64,000 nt of DNA from Octopus sinensis (Eukaryota): NCBI RefSeq assembly GCF_006345805.1, contig NC_043002.1, forward strand, positions 44,330,001 through 44,394,000. Reading direction: 5' to 3'. Below, one piece after another: positions 1 to 12,682 of this stretch. The notes under the pieces are model-generated. The model had not been told where the DNA came from and searched no databases. It saw only the letters and a program-made list of their open reading frames with translations. The translations under genes were made by a program, and so were the position numbers. Numbering within the stretch: the first letter of the stretch is position 1; every line of letters begins with the position of its first letter.

Positions 1-142
1 CCTAAGGGCAGCAGCTACAACTCTCTCTTAGATCAGTGGCCACCACGGCAACTGGACTTAGAGAGGGTAGCAACAAGGGCGGTGCCCCAGCTGGCCTCAG
101 CCGGATGGCTGAAACAAGTAAAAGAGTAAAAGAGTAAAAGAG
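1..142 (+). mobile_element. 3' end of SINE (family A-type tail)
   Basis: Ends GGCGGTGCCCCAGC..TGAAACAAGTAAAAGAGTAAAAGAG, the same tail as the full copy at 26390-26794. Confidence 0.55.
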
Positions 143-147
143 TATAT

Positions 148-201
<54 letters not shown>

Positions 202-378
202 TATAATGTATATATATATATATATCTATATATATATTATATATATATGGTATATAATAATATATATATATAGTATATATATAGATATATATATGTATAT
301 ATATATATATATGAGTGTGTATATATATATATATTATATATATATATATATATATGTGTAATATATATATATATAGTG

Positions 379-414
<36 letters not shown>

Positions 415-490
415 ATATATTATGTTAATATATATAATATATTATATATATATATATATATATATGTATTATATATATATATATATAATA

Positions 491-535
<45 letters not shown>

Positions 536-558
536 AGAGAGAGAGAGAGAGAGAGAGA
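143..558. repeat. (TA)n then (GA)n microsatellite
   Basis: Direct reading. Confidence 0.97.
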
Positions 559-2927
559 TCGCCCTCCAGATGCCCCAAGCCATGTAGGCAAGTTTGAAGA
601 CTGCCTTATAAAAATAGAGGAAGTTGTAGTCACATTAGAACAACACATAAGTGTACTTCTTATGGGAGACTTCAATCTACCCAATGTCAGATGGCCCGAG
701 GGCCTTTCTCTCCCAGGAATGACACGATGTGAACGAGGACAGGCGAGGTCCCTCCTGAACCTCATCAACACCCTGTACATGGAACAAGTAATACTCCAAC
801 CAACCAGGGAAGGTAACACACTGGATCTCTGCTTCACAAATAATATGGATCTCATCCATAACGTGAAAGTGACACCGACACTACTCTCGGATCACAACAT
901 GGTAGAGCTGACCATGTACGGGCCAAAGGAAAGCATGGACATGCAGCCTACAAGAAACTCTCAGAATCTTTCCAGCTTGAACTTCCATAAGCAAACTGGA
1001 AACAAATTGAGAAAGAGATCCTCAAACAAAACTGGCCTGAATGCCTCTCCTCGCCAGACATCGAGGTGAAACTTCAACAATTCATGTCTGTAATGCAAGC
1101 CATATGCTACAAATGTGTCCCAGAGAGAAAGGCCACTGTACACAAGAACAAAATCCCCAGAGAGAGGAACATTTTAATGAGACGGCGTACAAAAATTTCA
1201 AATCACCTAAACAAACAAATTGAAAGCAGTGAAAAGTCCCGCCTGAAAATAAAACTGTTGGAAATTGAAAAATGTCTGCAACTTTCCCATGAAAAGGAAA
1301 GAGCAGACAAAGAAGCCTGGGCTATATACAACATAACATCTAACCCCAGAGCTTTCTACAGGTATGCCAAAGAAACGGCTACGGTACACTGTGGGAGAGG
1401 GCCACTCCTTGAAAAGGATGGCACACTCACAGAAGATCCAATGAGGGTAAGTGAAATACTTAATGAGCAATTCAAAAATGTTTTCACTCCACCCCTTGGG
1501 CATTTCCAAATCAGCAATCCAACTGACTTCTTTACCACTGCAGATATAAAATCAGAGGCAGCGATGATTGATTACATCAATATAAAGGAAGACGATGTAA
1601 TAAAGGTTATAGATGAAATGAAAACAAACTCAGCTACTGGCCCCGATGGATTCCCGGCAATCCTCCTAAAAGTATGTAAGAGAGTCCTAGCAAGACCACT
1701 GCAGTTCCTCTTTCAGAGCTTCCTTGCAACTGGCAAACTTCCAAGAAAACTGAAGGAAGGTAAAATATGCCCTATTCATAAAGGATGGTAGCAGAGCGGA
1801 GGCCAAGAACTACAGACCTATCTCTCTGACCTCACACATCAGCAAGGTCATGGAACGAATAGTCAGAGGAAACTGATCACCTTCCTTGAAGAAAAATGAC
1901 TTGCTACCTGACACCCAACATGGTTTCCGACTGGGAAGAAGCTGCTTAACTCAGCTCCTACAACACTATGACTGGGTGCTGAAACGACTGCTCAACCACT
2001 CAAATGTGGAAGTGATATACCTCGACTTTGCAAAGGCCTTTGATAAAGGTCGATCATGGAATGATATGTCACAAACTGCGTGATCTTAGCATAGTTGGAA
2101 AAATGGAGAATGAATGCTTCATGACTTTCTGAAGGATAGAAGTCAGGTGGTAGTTAGTAGCCAATGTGGCCATTCCATATCACGCAAACTAGTGAGTGGG
2201 TTCCAAGGGCACTGTTTTGGGACCACTACTGTTCATAATGGCCCTCTCAGACATGCCCTCAGCCCGCAGAGAGCCACGATCACACGTTATGCAGATGATA
2301 CAAAAGTTTCACAGGCAATACAGAACCCTGAAGACACTAAACACCTGCAATTGAGCTGGACAAAATATACAAGTGGGCTGAAAAGAATAGCATGCAGTTC
2401 AATGCTGAAAAGTTTCAAGCTTTATGATATCAGCGTGCAAAACTAAATGCAACACCCAATGAATACACGGACCAGGAGGAATTGCAATCCAGAGGCACAA
2501 TCAGTGCGTGACCTGGGTATTTACATGAGTGATGACGCAACCTTTCTGTACATGTTGCTAAATGGCAATGAAATATAGACGACTGGCACGGATGGATTCT
2601 TAGAACCTTTAGAACAAGAGAACAAGAAACCATGATGGTCCTCTGGAGACACTTGTCCTAAGCCACTTTGACTATTGCTCTCAGCTATGGTCACCATCCA
2701 GTGTCAAGTTGATCACAGAACTTGAGGCGATCCAACGTAGCTACACGAAGAAGATAGCCTCTGCGCAAACATAGAAGCTACTGGGAAAGACTCAAGAGAT
2801 TAAAACTCTATTCCTTGGAGCGTAGGCGAGAAAGATATGCCATAATATACATCTGGAAGATCCTGAAAGGACTTGTCCCAACTTTGGCATCGAGAGTTGC
2901 ACAAATGCCAGAACTGGGCGCCACTGC
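559..2927 (+). mobile_element. 5'-truncated, frameshifted CR1-group LINE ORF2 (AP-endonuclease C-terminus + reverse transcriptase)
   Basis: APE motifs MGDFNLP, TLDLCFTN and SDHNMV. RT motifs [40 protein letters not shown] and YADDTK, plus C-terminal ERRRERYAIIYIWKIL. Split over several frames. Confidence 0.9.
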
Positions 2928-3027
2928 NNNNNNNNNNNNNNNNNNNNNNNNNNNNNNNNNNNNNNNNNNNNNNNNNNNNNNNNNNNNNNNNNNNNNNNNN
3001 NNNNNNNNNNNNNNNNNNNNNNNNNNN
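2928..3027. other. Assembly gap (100 N)
   Basis: Run of N; the round size suggests a placeholder. Confidence 0.99.
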
Positions 3028-4594
3028 TTTCTCGCCTACGCTCCAGGGAATAGAGTTTTAATCTCTTGAGTCTCTCCCAGTAGCTCATATGCTGCACAGA
3101 GGCTATCTTGTTCGTGTAGCTTCGTTGGATCGCCTCAAGTTCTGTGATCAACTTGACACTCGATGGTGACCATAGCTGAGAGCAATAGTCAAAGTGGCTT
3201 AGGACAAGTGTCTTCCAGAGGACCATCATGGTTTCTTGTTCTCTTGTTCTAAAGGTTCTAAGAATCCATCCAGCCAGCCGTCTACATTTCATTGTCAGTT
3301 TAGCAACATGTACATGAAAGGTCGCGTCATCACTCATGTAAATACCCAGGTCACGTACTGATTGTGCCTCTGGGATTGCAATCCCTCCGGGTCCAGTGTA
3401 TTCATTGGGTATTGCATTCAGTTTTGCATGCTGATAGTATAAAGCTTGAAACTTTTCAGCATTGAATGCATGCTATCTTTTCAGCCCACTTGTATATTTC
3501 GTCCAGCTCACATTGCAGGTGCTTAGTGTCTTCAGGGTTCTGTATTGCCTGTGAAACTTTTGTATCATCTGCATAACTTGTGATCGTGGCTCTCCGCGTG
3601 GCTGAGGGCATGTCTGAGAGGGCCATTATGAACAGCAGTGGTCCCAAAACAGTGCCCTGTGGAACACCGCTCACTATTTGCGTGCTAATGGAAGTGGCCC
3701 CATTGGCTGCTACCACCTGACTTCTATTCTTCAGAAAGTCATGAAGCCATTCTCCTAGTTTTCCAACTATGCCAAGATCACGCAGTTTGTGACATATCAT
3801 TCCATGATCGACTTTATCGAAGGCCTTTGCGAAGTCGAGATATATGACTTCCACATTTGAGTGGTTGAGCAGTTGTTTCAGCACCCAGTCATAGTGTTGC
3901 AGGAGCTGAGTTAAGCAGCTTCTTCCTGGTCGGAAACCATGTTGGGTGTCAGGCAGCAAGTCATTTTCTAAAGGAAGGTGATTAGTTTCCTTCTGACTAT
4001 TCGTTCCATGACCTTGCTGATGTGTGAGGTCAGAGAGATAGGTCTGTAGTTCTTGGCCTCCGCTCTGCTACCTCCTTTATGAATAGGGCATATTTTACCT
4101 TCCTTCAGTTTTCTTGGAAGTTTGCCAGCTGCAAGGAAGCTCTGAAAGAGGAACTGCAGTGGTCTTGCTAGGACTCTCTTACATACTTTTAGGAGGATTG
4201 CCGGGAATCCATCGGGGCCAATAGCTGAGTCTGTTTTCATTTCATCTATAGCCTTTATTACATCGTCTTCCTTTATATCGATGTAATTTATCGTCGCCGC
4301 CTCTGATTCTATATCTGCAGTGGTAAAGAAGTCAGTTGGATTGCTGATTTGGAAATGCCCAAGGGGTGGAGTGAAAACACTCTTGAATTGTTCATTCAGT
4401 ATTTCACTTACCCTCATTGGTTTTCCTGTGAGTGTGCCATCCTTTTCAAGGAGTGGCCCTATCCTACAGTGCACCGTAGCTGTTTCTTTGGCATACCTGT
4501 AGAAAGCTCTGGGGTTAGTTTTTATGCTGTCTATAGCCCAGCCTTCTTTGTCTGCTCCTGCCTTCTCATGGGAGAGTTGCAGACAATTTTCAAT
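3028..4594 (-). mobile_element. Second copy of the same CR1-group LINE, inverted
   Basis: ORFs 3968-4762, 3456-3959 and 2792-3337 contain RT motifs (SGVPQGTVLGPLLF, YADDTK). About 17 mismatches in a 180 bp comparison with 1265-2831. Confidence 0.92.
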
Positions 4595-4682
4595 ATACAT
4601 ATATATATACATATATATATATACATATATATATATACATACATATATATATACATATATATATACATACATATATATATAC

Positions 4683-4717
<35 letters not shown>

Positions 4718-5253
4718 CATATATAAACATACATATATATATACATACATATTAATATACATATATATATATACATTATATATATCATATATATATACAT
4801 ATATATATCATATATATATACACCTATATATACAATAATATATATACATATATAGATACATATATATATATAGTAACATATATATATATACATATAAATA
4901 TTATATATATATATATATATATATATGTGTATATATATATATTACATACATATATATATATGTATATTTATATATACTGTATATATATGTATATAATATG
5001 TATATATATGTATATATATATGTATATAATGTATAATATATATGTATATATATGTATATATATGTATATATGTATATACATGTATATATATGTATATTAT
5101 ACATATAATACAATTGTTTGTTTGTATTCCACCTGCCTTCGTCTTTTGTGTTTATTTCCGTAAACTGCCTTCGTCTTTTGTCTATTTTCATAAAGCTTCC
5201 CGTTATAATATATATATATATATATATGTATAATATGTATATATATATATGTG

Positions 5254-5296
<43 letters not shown>

Positions 5297-5320
5297 TGTA
5301 TGTATGTATGTATATATAAC
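4595..5320. repeat. Compound (TA)n/(TACA)/(TATG) microsatellite
   Basis: Direct reading; a short non-repeat island lies at ~5111-5200. Confidence 0.95.
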
Positions 5321-5547
5321 AACATCATTAGTATTATTTGTGTTTGGAAAGAGAGAATGTTTGTTCGTGGCCCGTAAGTTTTCTTTAAAAGTTGTTTTAT
5401 CATTTGGTATTCGGATTTTTGTTGGACTCTTTACTAGATATACCAGCTCCCTTTGCTTACTGTGAAGCGGTTTGGCGAAAGGTCTATTAATTGAGGGCGA
5501 ATTATGTGACACAAAATTTGAAAGTTAATTTTTCAAAGCAAAAAAAT

Positions 5548-6420
5548 ATGACTTCTCAAATTGAGGGAAATGATGACTGTTGGAACAGCCATTATGACAT
5601 AACTTTGTCATCATATCTTGATCTGGTCGAGAGACGCATCGTACACAACAACAAGCAGCAGCAACAACAAGAGCAACAACAGTTGCAGAAGCGGCAGCAG
5701 CAGTAATGATCACGATAAATTTGAAAATGACACAAGTATGATCTCTACCACCACCACCCCAACACCATCACAAATATTAATACAACGGAAACACGGCCGC
5801 TCTTCTTTCCTAACAAAATGGGAACGGCTAAGCGCAGGTGAATCGAAGAATGGAAATAGTCGACAAGTCAGAAAAATGTTTGGTGACAGCAGAGCACACT
5901 TTATAAAGATTGGCAGAATCGTATTTCTAAACACACCCAAAAACGAATTAGTATATACAAATGTATTTCAACAAAAAAAAAAACAAAACAGAAGACTGGA
6001 TCGAGCCAAGGATCAGATCGAAAAATGCCAAGGGCCACTCTGTGGGATAAAAACTATTGCACATTTGGAGTTAGATACACAAATGAAGGACCAAAGAAAG
6101 TGCAACAACAACCTTCAGAAGGGAAGAATTGATTAACATAAAGGTACAAGAGGCACACCAGAATTGAACATCTCTTATCTGGTGACTGGCATAGAAAACA
6201 AGATAATTCTTCTCCAAGTGCACGAAATCTAAAAGAAAAATTGGTTGGGCACGGGAGCAACAGTACCAAAAACATCAACAGCAATCACCAGTACCATGCA
6301 CGGAAAAAGGAATAACAAGACCTGCACCATGGCAATCGCGAGATGCCTCGTCCACAACGAAGTTATCGTGCAAGTCACCAATGATCTCTAGGACGGTTAT
6401 CGCCGTCCCGACGAATGAAC
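5548..6420 (+). pseudogene. Candidate degenerate low-complexity (Q/S/N/T-rich) exon
   Basis: ATG at 5548, CAG/CAA/AGC runs and long overlapping open frames. Ends at a consensus donor AAC|GTAAGT (6421). Needs frameshifts or stop readthrough; no recognisable domain. Confidence 0.25.
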
Positions 6421-6959
6421 GTAAGTGATTGGCAAGCTAGTAGAGAAGTAGATAAATTATCAGTTACTGATTTTGAGAATTATATATCCAAATCCTCAAT
6501 CTTTCTATATAGTTGCGGTTATATGTTTGGGATCATAAATGAACAGAATTTGAGTTAGTAACACAAACAGAATTGACGCAATTTTTGCCATCTTCAGAGC
6601 GTTAAATTCTATGCTTATTCAAGATGTAATTGCTTTCAGATTATTTAATAACTCATTTCTGCCACAAACGTCCCTGGAAAATCTATTTCTCTCAATAAAG
6701 AGAACAATTTTGCTCATTTTGTCGTTGTTATACATTTTAAAAGTAATTATCTAAAATTTCATTTCAATAAAGTAATATTTATTCTGCCTATATTTGTGTG
6801 GACATATAAATTTCATTTTCTAAAGGTTAAGATATCAACTGATAATTTTATCAAATCCTAATAAAAACTCTCGAACTTAAAATGTCTTCGAAACTAATTT
6901 CATTTTCCCCCAAATTATATTATAATTCAATTATATTATTAATATCAAAAACTGAATTA

Positions 6960-7172
6960 AGGCAACCAACTGGCAGAAACTATAGGATACCGGCCAAAAT
7001 GTTTAGCGGCACTTCTTTATCTACGTTGCGTTCAAACTCCGGCGAGGTCATCTTCGCCTTTCATTGTTTCAGGTTCGATAAAATAATACCATTTGAATAC
7101 TGGGATCGATGTAATCGACCTAACCGTTTCCCGCAAAAATCGCTGGCCTTGTGCCAAAATTTGAAACCAATA
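6960..7172 (+). mobile_element. SINE family B, degenerate
   Basis: CTGGCAGAA..GTTCAAA..GATGTAATCGAC..GGCCTTGTGCC matches the copy at 51702-51934. Confidence 0.75.
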
Positions 7173-7754
7173 TTAAAAATTGACTTCTTTGGTGATTCCA
7201 GAAATAAAATTGTTTAGGTCGACTGAATTGTATTATTTATAACTACAATGTACTTTTTATTAACTTAATTCAGTAACTGGATGTCTGCGAAAATGTAAGG
7301 AATTAAGAGAGACTGTTGATGAAATATTTTCATTGAAAATTTATGGTCAATCAAAAGACCTAAGAAGAAAAAAAGTTCAAGCATAAAAATCAATTTAAAA
7401 TCTTTTTCCCCACAAAAGCTGATGGACACATGGGAAATCATGATGAATGTGAAACAAATTTCATTAAAAGATGTATAATGAAAGCTTGGACATGCAGCGA
7501 GTTGGATCCACATGAATGCACAACGGTTTTGCACAGCACCTGGCAACTGATTTAACAGTTTACGAATATATGACATACTAGAGATGAACAGGTTTATACG
7601 CAGTAAATTACTGTGAAATAAAGAGATTATGATATACCAGAAGTCTAGGTGTTCATAAAACATAAATATCACATTGTTTATATAAAACATAAATATCAAC
7701 ATAGATTTCACATATTTATACATATATTTATAACCCTCGATAAAGAATTATAAA

Positions 7755-8130
7755 GGCGCAGGAGTGGCTGTGTGGTAATTAGCTTGCTTACCACCAACAT
7801 GATTCCGGGTTTAGTGGCACCTTGAGCAAGTGTCTTCTACTATAGCCTCAGTCCGACCAAATCCTTGTAAGTGGATTTGTTAGACGGAAACTGAAAGAAG
7901 CCCGCTGTATATATGTATGTCTATGTGTGTGCATATGTTTGTGTCTCTGTGTTTTTTCCCCAACATCGCTTGACAACCGATGCTGGTGTATTAACGTCCC
8001 CGTCACTTAGCGGTTCGGTAAGAGAGACCGATAGAATAAGTACTAGGCTTACAAAGAATAAGTCCTGGGGTCGATTTGATACACTAAAGGCGGTGCTACT
8101 TGTTTCAAATGACCGAAACCAGTAAAAGGG
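7755..8130 (+). mobile_element. SINE family A
   Basis: GGCGCAGGAGTGGCTGTGTGG head, internal TA/TG tract, body matches 26390-26794. Confidence 0.88.
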
Positions 8131-9859
8131 TATATACACTTCCGGTTTTATTGTGAACATCTAATAAACAATAAATATGTGTACGTTTTATATATTCATA
8201 AACATTTCAAAATTTCTTTAAACTCACTGTTCTGTGGCGACCAGCATGTCAAAACCTAGACCCAACGTTTCATCTGCATGTTATAAGAGGCCACTAAATG
8301 AGATTGAGATAGAGTTTTTCACTCTGCTATTATAAAATCCCCATCAGCAACGACTACCCAAACAGACTCATGGGTTGGAAACTCATCCGCCATGTGTAGT
8401 AGGGAATCACCAACAAATTGTAGGTACAGCGACGCGCTCTTCCGGCGCTTGCCCCTACTACTACTACTACTACAATTTAAAACCACTAAATTGACTTCAT
8501 TGCTATTCAGACTAAATTTAAGGGAAAAATTAATTTGGTCGTTGAAAACAAATTAAATTCAAATAAATCGAAATTATGTAGATCAATTTAAAATAACGTA
8601 AATTGTGCAAATTAATATCGATTAATTTGAATAAAACAATATTAATTGATTTATTTAATTTAGATACATTTCTTTGTTTTAAAATCAAATGCTTAAATGT
8701 CATTTAATCAATTAATTCCAGTTAAATTTATTTAAAGTTACTGGTTTAAATTTGATTTAAAGAATTGGATTTTAAAGATTTAATTAAGTGCTTCAAAATC
8801 AGTTTAAAACCATACATTTAAAAGATGCTGACAGATTGAATTTCTATAGAAAACATGCATGAAGTAGAATAATAAGCGTAGAAGGCTACACAAGTAGAGT
8901 TATAGAATTTGAGAAAGTATGCTACTGTTAGTGATGAAGTGTTTTTGAGAGCCGAAAAGGAGGGATTTTAGCTGTAAGGAAAATATACGAAGTTTTCGTA
9001 GCTAGAAAGCAAAAGTACGAACAAAAAAATTTACACAGATTTGGCCAGACTGGTGAAAGACATTGAAATGGGAAGTAATTTCAATTGGGAGAGAAATGAA
9101 TTTTGAAGAAAGTGACATGGGATTTGATCGTAGGTGTGCAGAATCAAGCAATATGAACCAAGCATATTGATATGACACAACGGAAGAATATAGAATGTGT
9201 AATGAAAAACTAAACACAGCCATATATGCTGTCTTTGAACGTTAACCGATTGCAGAGAGGTGATTGTAAGAACTGGAGACATAAAAGTTGCTGAAATCGC
9301 ACATTGGCGAATTTGTATAAAATTTGGTTTCAAGAACCTGCAAAGTTGTTATCGCTGTAAGAAAACGAGAATGTGAAGGTACAATGGAATATAAAACTCA
9401 AACTAGAAGACAAATAGAATATTATCACTCATATACTGTACTCATCAAAAGTAAAAGACTGTGTTGCTTTGTCGATTTTGCTTGCAGTTTTAGTAGAAAA
9501 GAGTGTTAAACAAATTGGGAAAATATGAAAGAAAAAGTAGAACCTAAAATGCGAACTTCAAAGAACTGGAAATTGCTGTAAAATCGTCGTTTTTGCAGTT
9601 CTAAAGGGAACATTGAAAGGATTATTAAATATGTTGGGTTTCAAGGTGAAATTTGTGGCCCTACAGCAACCATGTTTGCTTTACAAAACAAGAATGTGTG
9701 AGTTGCCTAAATTTGGGTGGTGACGCTTGATGCCAAGCAATCCAGTACCGAGACAAAAACAACGAAAGGCTTCATGAACAAAAATATGTGACTCAGCAAG
9801 GGTAGCATAAGAACAAAAATCACTGAAAAAACATCATGCTCCCTAGGATCAGGCGTTGA

Positions 9860-10560
9860 ACACTAACATAAGGAAAAGGGATATATACTACACAAGTGCA
9901 ACGAACTTCTGTGGAATGTGTGGGAAGAGGGTCGAAAGTGTGACTCATATTCTTAGTGCTTGCGCAGAAAGAGTACAAGCGCAGACACGATAAGTTAGCG
10001 CAGACTGTTCACTGGTTTCTATGCCGGAAGTATAGATACGTGATAACGGGTGCATGGTACCAACATATACCGGAAAGGGTAATGGACGAAAAAGGGAAGA
10101 CAAAAGTCCTCTGGAATTTTTACTTCCATACAAACAAGGTGTTGGAGCACCGAAGGCCGGATATGGTAACCATTAGGAGGGGAAAACAAGAGTGCCTAAT
10201 AATCTAAATGGCAGAGCCAGGAGATGAACATGTTAACATGAAAGAAAGAGAAAATGTTGATAAATTTGGAAACCTTAGAATTCAGATCGCTAAGATGTGA
10301 CAGCTACGAGATTTAAACATAAAGTTTGTCCCTATTGGCATCGGAGCATGTGGTTCAATAACACCCAACATGAAGAAACCACTGGTAACTTAAGAAATAT
10401 CCTACAATCGAGTTGTATTGCAAAGATCGGCAACACTTGGTACTGCACGCATATTGCATAAAGTACTGCCTGTCTGAGGTTCTTGTTGTAACTTGACAGA
10501 CAGTGCAAACTCCTAGCACATGCAACATCTTCAATCAATCAACAACATCACGATATTGGA
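9860..10560 (+). mobile_element. R4/Dong-type non-LTR retrotransposon 3' part (CCHC + restriction-enzyme-like endonuclease), decayed
   Basis: CGKRVESVTHILSAC, KEYKRRHD, RPDMV, VPIGIGACG and LGTAHIL motifs. Confidence 0.85.
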
Positions 10561-10604
10561 TACTGTGCATTAAAACAAACAATTTTCGTTTTTTTTTAGA
10601 CATT

Positions 10605-10743
10605 CACTAGTACAACACCAAAAAAACTCCAAATATATGGCACACTAGGCATAACAACAACATGAACTTCCAACCTGTTGTCTCTTGAGGTCTCTGGGTG
10701 AGACTTGGAGCCAACTTATACAAATATAAAGCAAAAGTCAAAC

Positions 10744-10796
<53 letters not shown>

Positions 10797-10870
10797 TCCC
10801 CAAGTGCAGTCTTCTTGCGCCTACAGAGTATCTCAACAGGCATGATAGTTTACACCAGTATCCACTTAGG
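10605..10870 (+). mobile_element. R4/Dong-type 3' UTR with (TAA)n tail followed by another R4-type fragment
   Basis: (TAA)n at 10745-10795; downstream frame reads CSLLAPTEYLNRHD. Confidence 0.6.
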
Positions 10871-11841
10871 CATTCACGTGTTGGATTTCTTTCCTTTTTT
10901 TTCCGTAAAGACTGATTACTGTAGAAATATATTTTATTTTTAACTCCATTTCGAAGATGCTATCCGGCGCTAAAGGATAATATACAAAAAACTAAGCTAT
11001 TATAAAAAGGACGTTTATTAAATTTTACGATGGTTAATGTTTGCATTTATTCACTTCCGTTAACTGTCACTAATTCATAATGGATTTACATTTGAAGATT
11101 GAGTTAAATATCCAAAGGAACGCAAATCATGTTCTCTACAATTCGTAAAATACCTGCATAGCATATATTTAATTCTTTGCCAGAAATGCAATTTTGACAA
11201 CATCGTCGCTAGCTATTTAGCTTAGTGTAACGTGTTATCATTTCAAACATACCTTAGATGAAGAAATATCTTAACTTTGCTATAACACCCCTACTGTGAG
11301 AGAATTCAGTATACATGCATTGATTGATAAAGTTTTCTCACTATTATATACAAATTGATAGAGTTGATAAAGCAGGTGATATCACTATCACGTTTCCTTA
11401 TTTTCATTGAACTCGGTACAAAGATTGGTTTCCAAGAAACTTTTTTTTTATTGTAAAATTGGTTTTAGTGTAACGTAAGGTAACTGACTTACATCTAACC
11501 TCCACTAAATTAAGACATGTGTGCCATACGGGGAAAGGAACGAAATTAAATCTGTAAAATAACACAAAATCCATAACAAAATTTTCACATTCATTCGTCT
11601 TTGAAAAGAAGCTACATATCAACATCAAATGGACTGAGTTATAATGCAGAGGTATGTTTTAAAAATAATTCAGCTACAAATATCACAGAGAATACGTTGA
11701 GAAAAATTTGGGTGTTACATCTAGTGGATAGACAATAACGTAGAGACTTTCCTGGCAGCTCATACTGACAGGTAATTTGAGGCGATGAAATCTATGCAGA
11801 GATAAATATACACTATTATTATAGTCTATATATAAATATAT

Positions 11842-11846
<5 letters not shown>

Positions 11847-11931
<85 letters not shown>

Positions 11932-11951
11932 AGTATATATATATATATATA
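11847..11951. repeat. (TA)n/(GA)n microsatellite
   Basis: Direct reading. Confidence 0.95.
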
Positions 11952-12175
11952 ATTAGAAATAATGAATTTCTAAGTGTCTGAACGAGACTTGAGCGGTGGT
12001 GGAGCGATAAAGTGGTTGTATAAAGTCAACAAAACGTGACAGTCCCGTAGAGGGAATTACAACAACGCTATATAGCCCTAGGAAGCATCGACGCTTCCTG
12101 TCGGCTTTGACACATTTTCTGTGTCCTTAGATTCGCAAAGTGGAGGCAAGCGGCCCCACCAGCTAGGAACAGCAA

Positions 12176-12221
12176 CCTGAATACATGCATGATTCTGGGT
12201 ATTGCCCATCATCAGTTCAGG
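12176..12221 (-). ncRNA. Type I hammerhead ribozyme, A15.1>U variant
   Basis: Minus strand: CCUGAA CUGAUGA UGGG-CAAUA-CCCA GAAU CAUGCAUG UA UUCAGG. Confidence 0.8.
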
Positions 12222-12259
12222 GTAGCGTATCCGTTTCTCTTTATTATAGACACAATGGC

Positions 12260-12651
12260 CTGATTACATAGAGGGGACAAAACAAGACAAAACGGGAACA
12301 TAAAACAAATGATGTATGATTGATGGAGTGATTCATAATTGATGGTAATGAAGCTGTGAAACGAACAGAGAATTTTTTCATTAATTCTCAATACCATCGG
12401 GTCTCACTGTGAGGCGAAACCGCGATGGTCTTCTTTATCAATATCGTAAACTTTATCATTAATTGTTCACATTAGTCTTTGTATTTTCCTTTTCTATTTT
12501 ATCTTTTTTTCCAGCTTTACATTTTCCTTTTTTTTTTCACATATTAAATTTCACAGACAAACAACACAAGTTCAATTCTCAGTTCATTTGCAGTTCAATT
12601 CATGTTTTTTTTTTAAACAATTAGTTGCGTTACACTCATAATTATACTTAC
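12260..12651 (-). other. Putative GT-AG intron in element 3' UTR
   Basis: ACG|GTAAGT donor at 12651; polypyrimidine tract and ATCAG| acceptor at 12260. Confidence 0.55.
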
Positions 12652-12682
12652 CGTCTACGTTTTTGTTCCACATTTATTATTG

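Noticed and set aside
376-5512. ORFs rich in YI/IY/CV/HT (also at 33-34, 41, 42.6, 44.6, 45.3, 46.6 and 48.7 kb) and poly-I/L/N/Y ORFs
   Set aside because: They are translations of TA, CA, TG and TAA microsatellites.
8480-8830. AT-rich tract with repeated AATT/GATTTAA words
   Set aside because: It could be a decayed transposon end, but no TIR partner, TSD or regular period was found.
11608-11771. Small exon-like segments (also ~20470-20510, ~30980-31180 minus, ~60602)
   Set aside because: Splice-like words only; peptides are too short to support a gene model.
12212-12260. AIVSIIKRNGYATLN* resembling a GIY-YIG C-terminus
   Set aside because: Too short, not joined in frame by the predicted splice, and no GIY/YIG motifs upstream.
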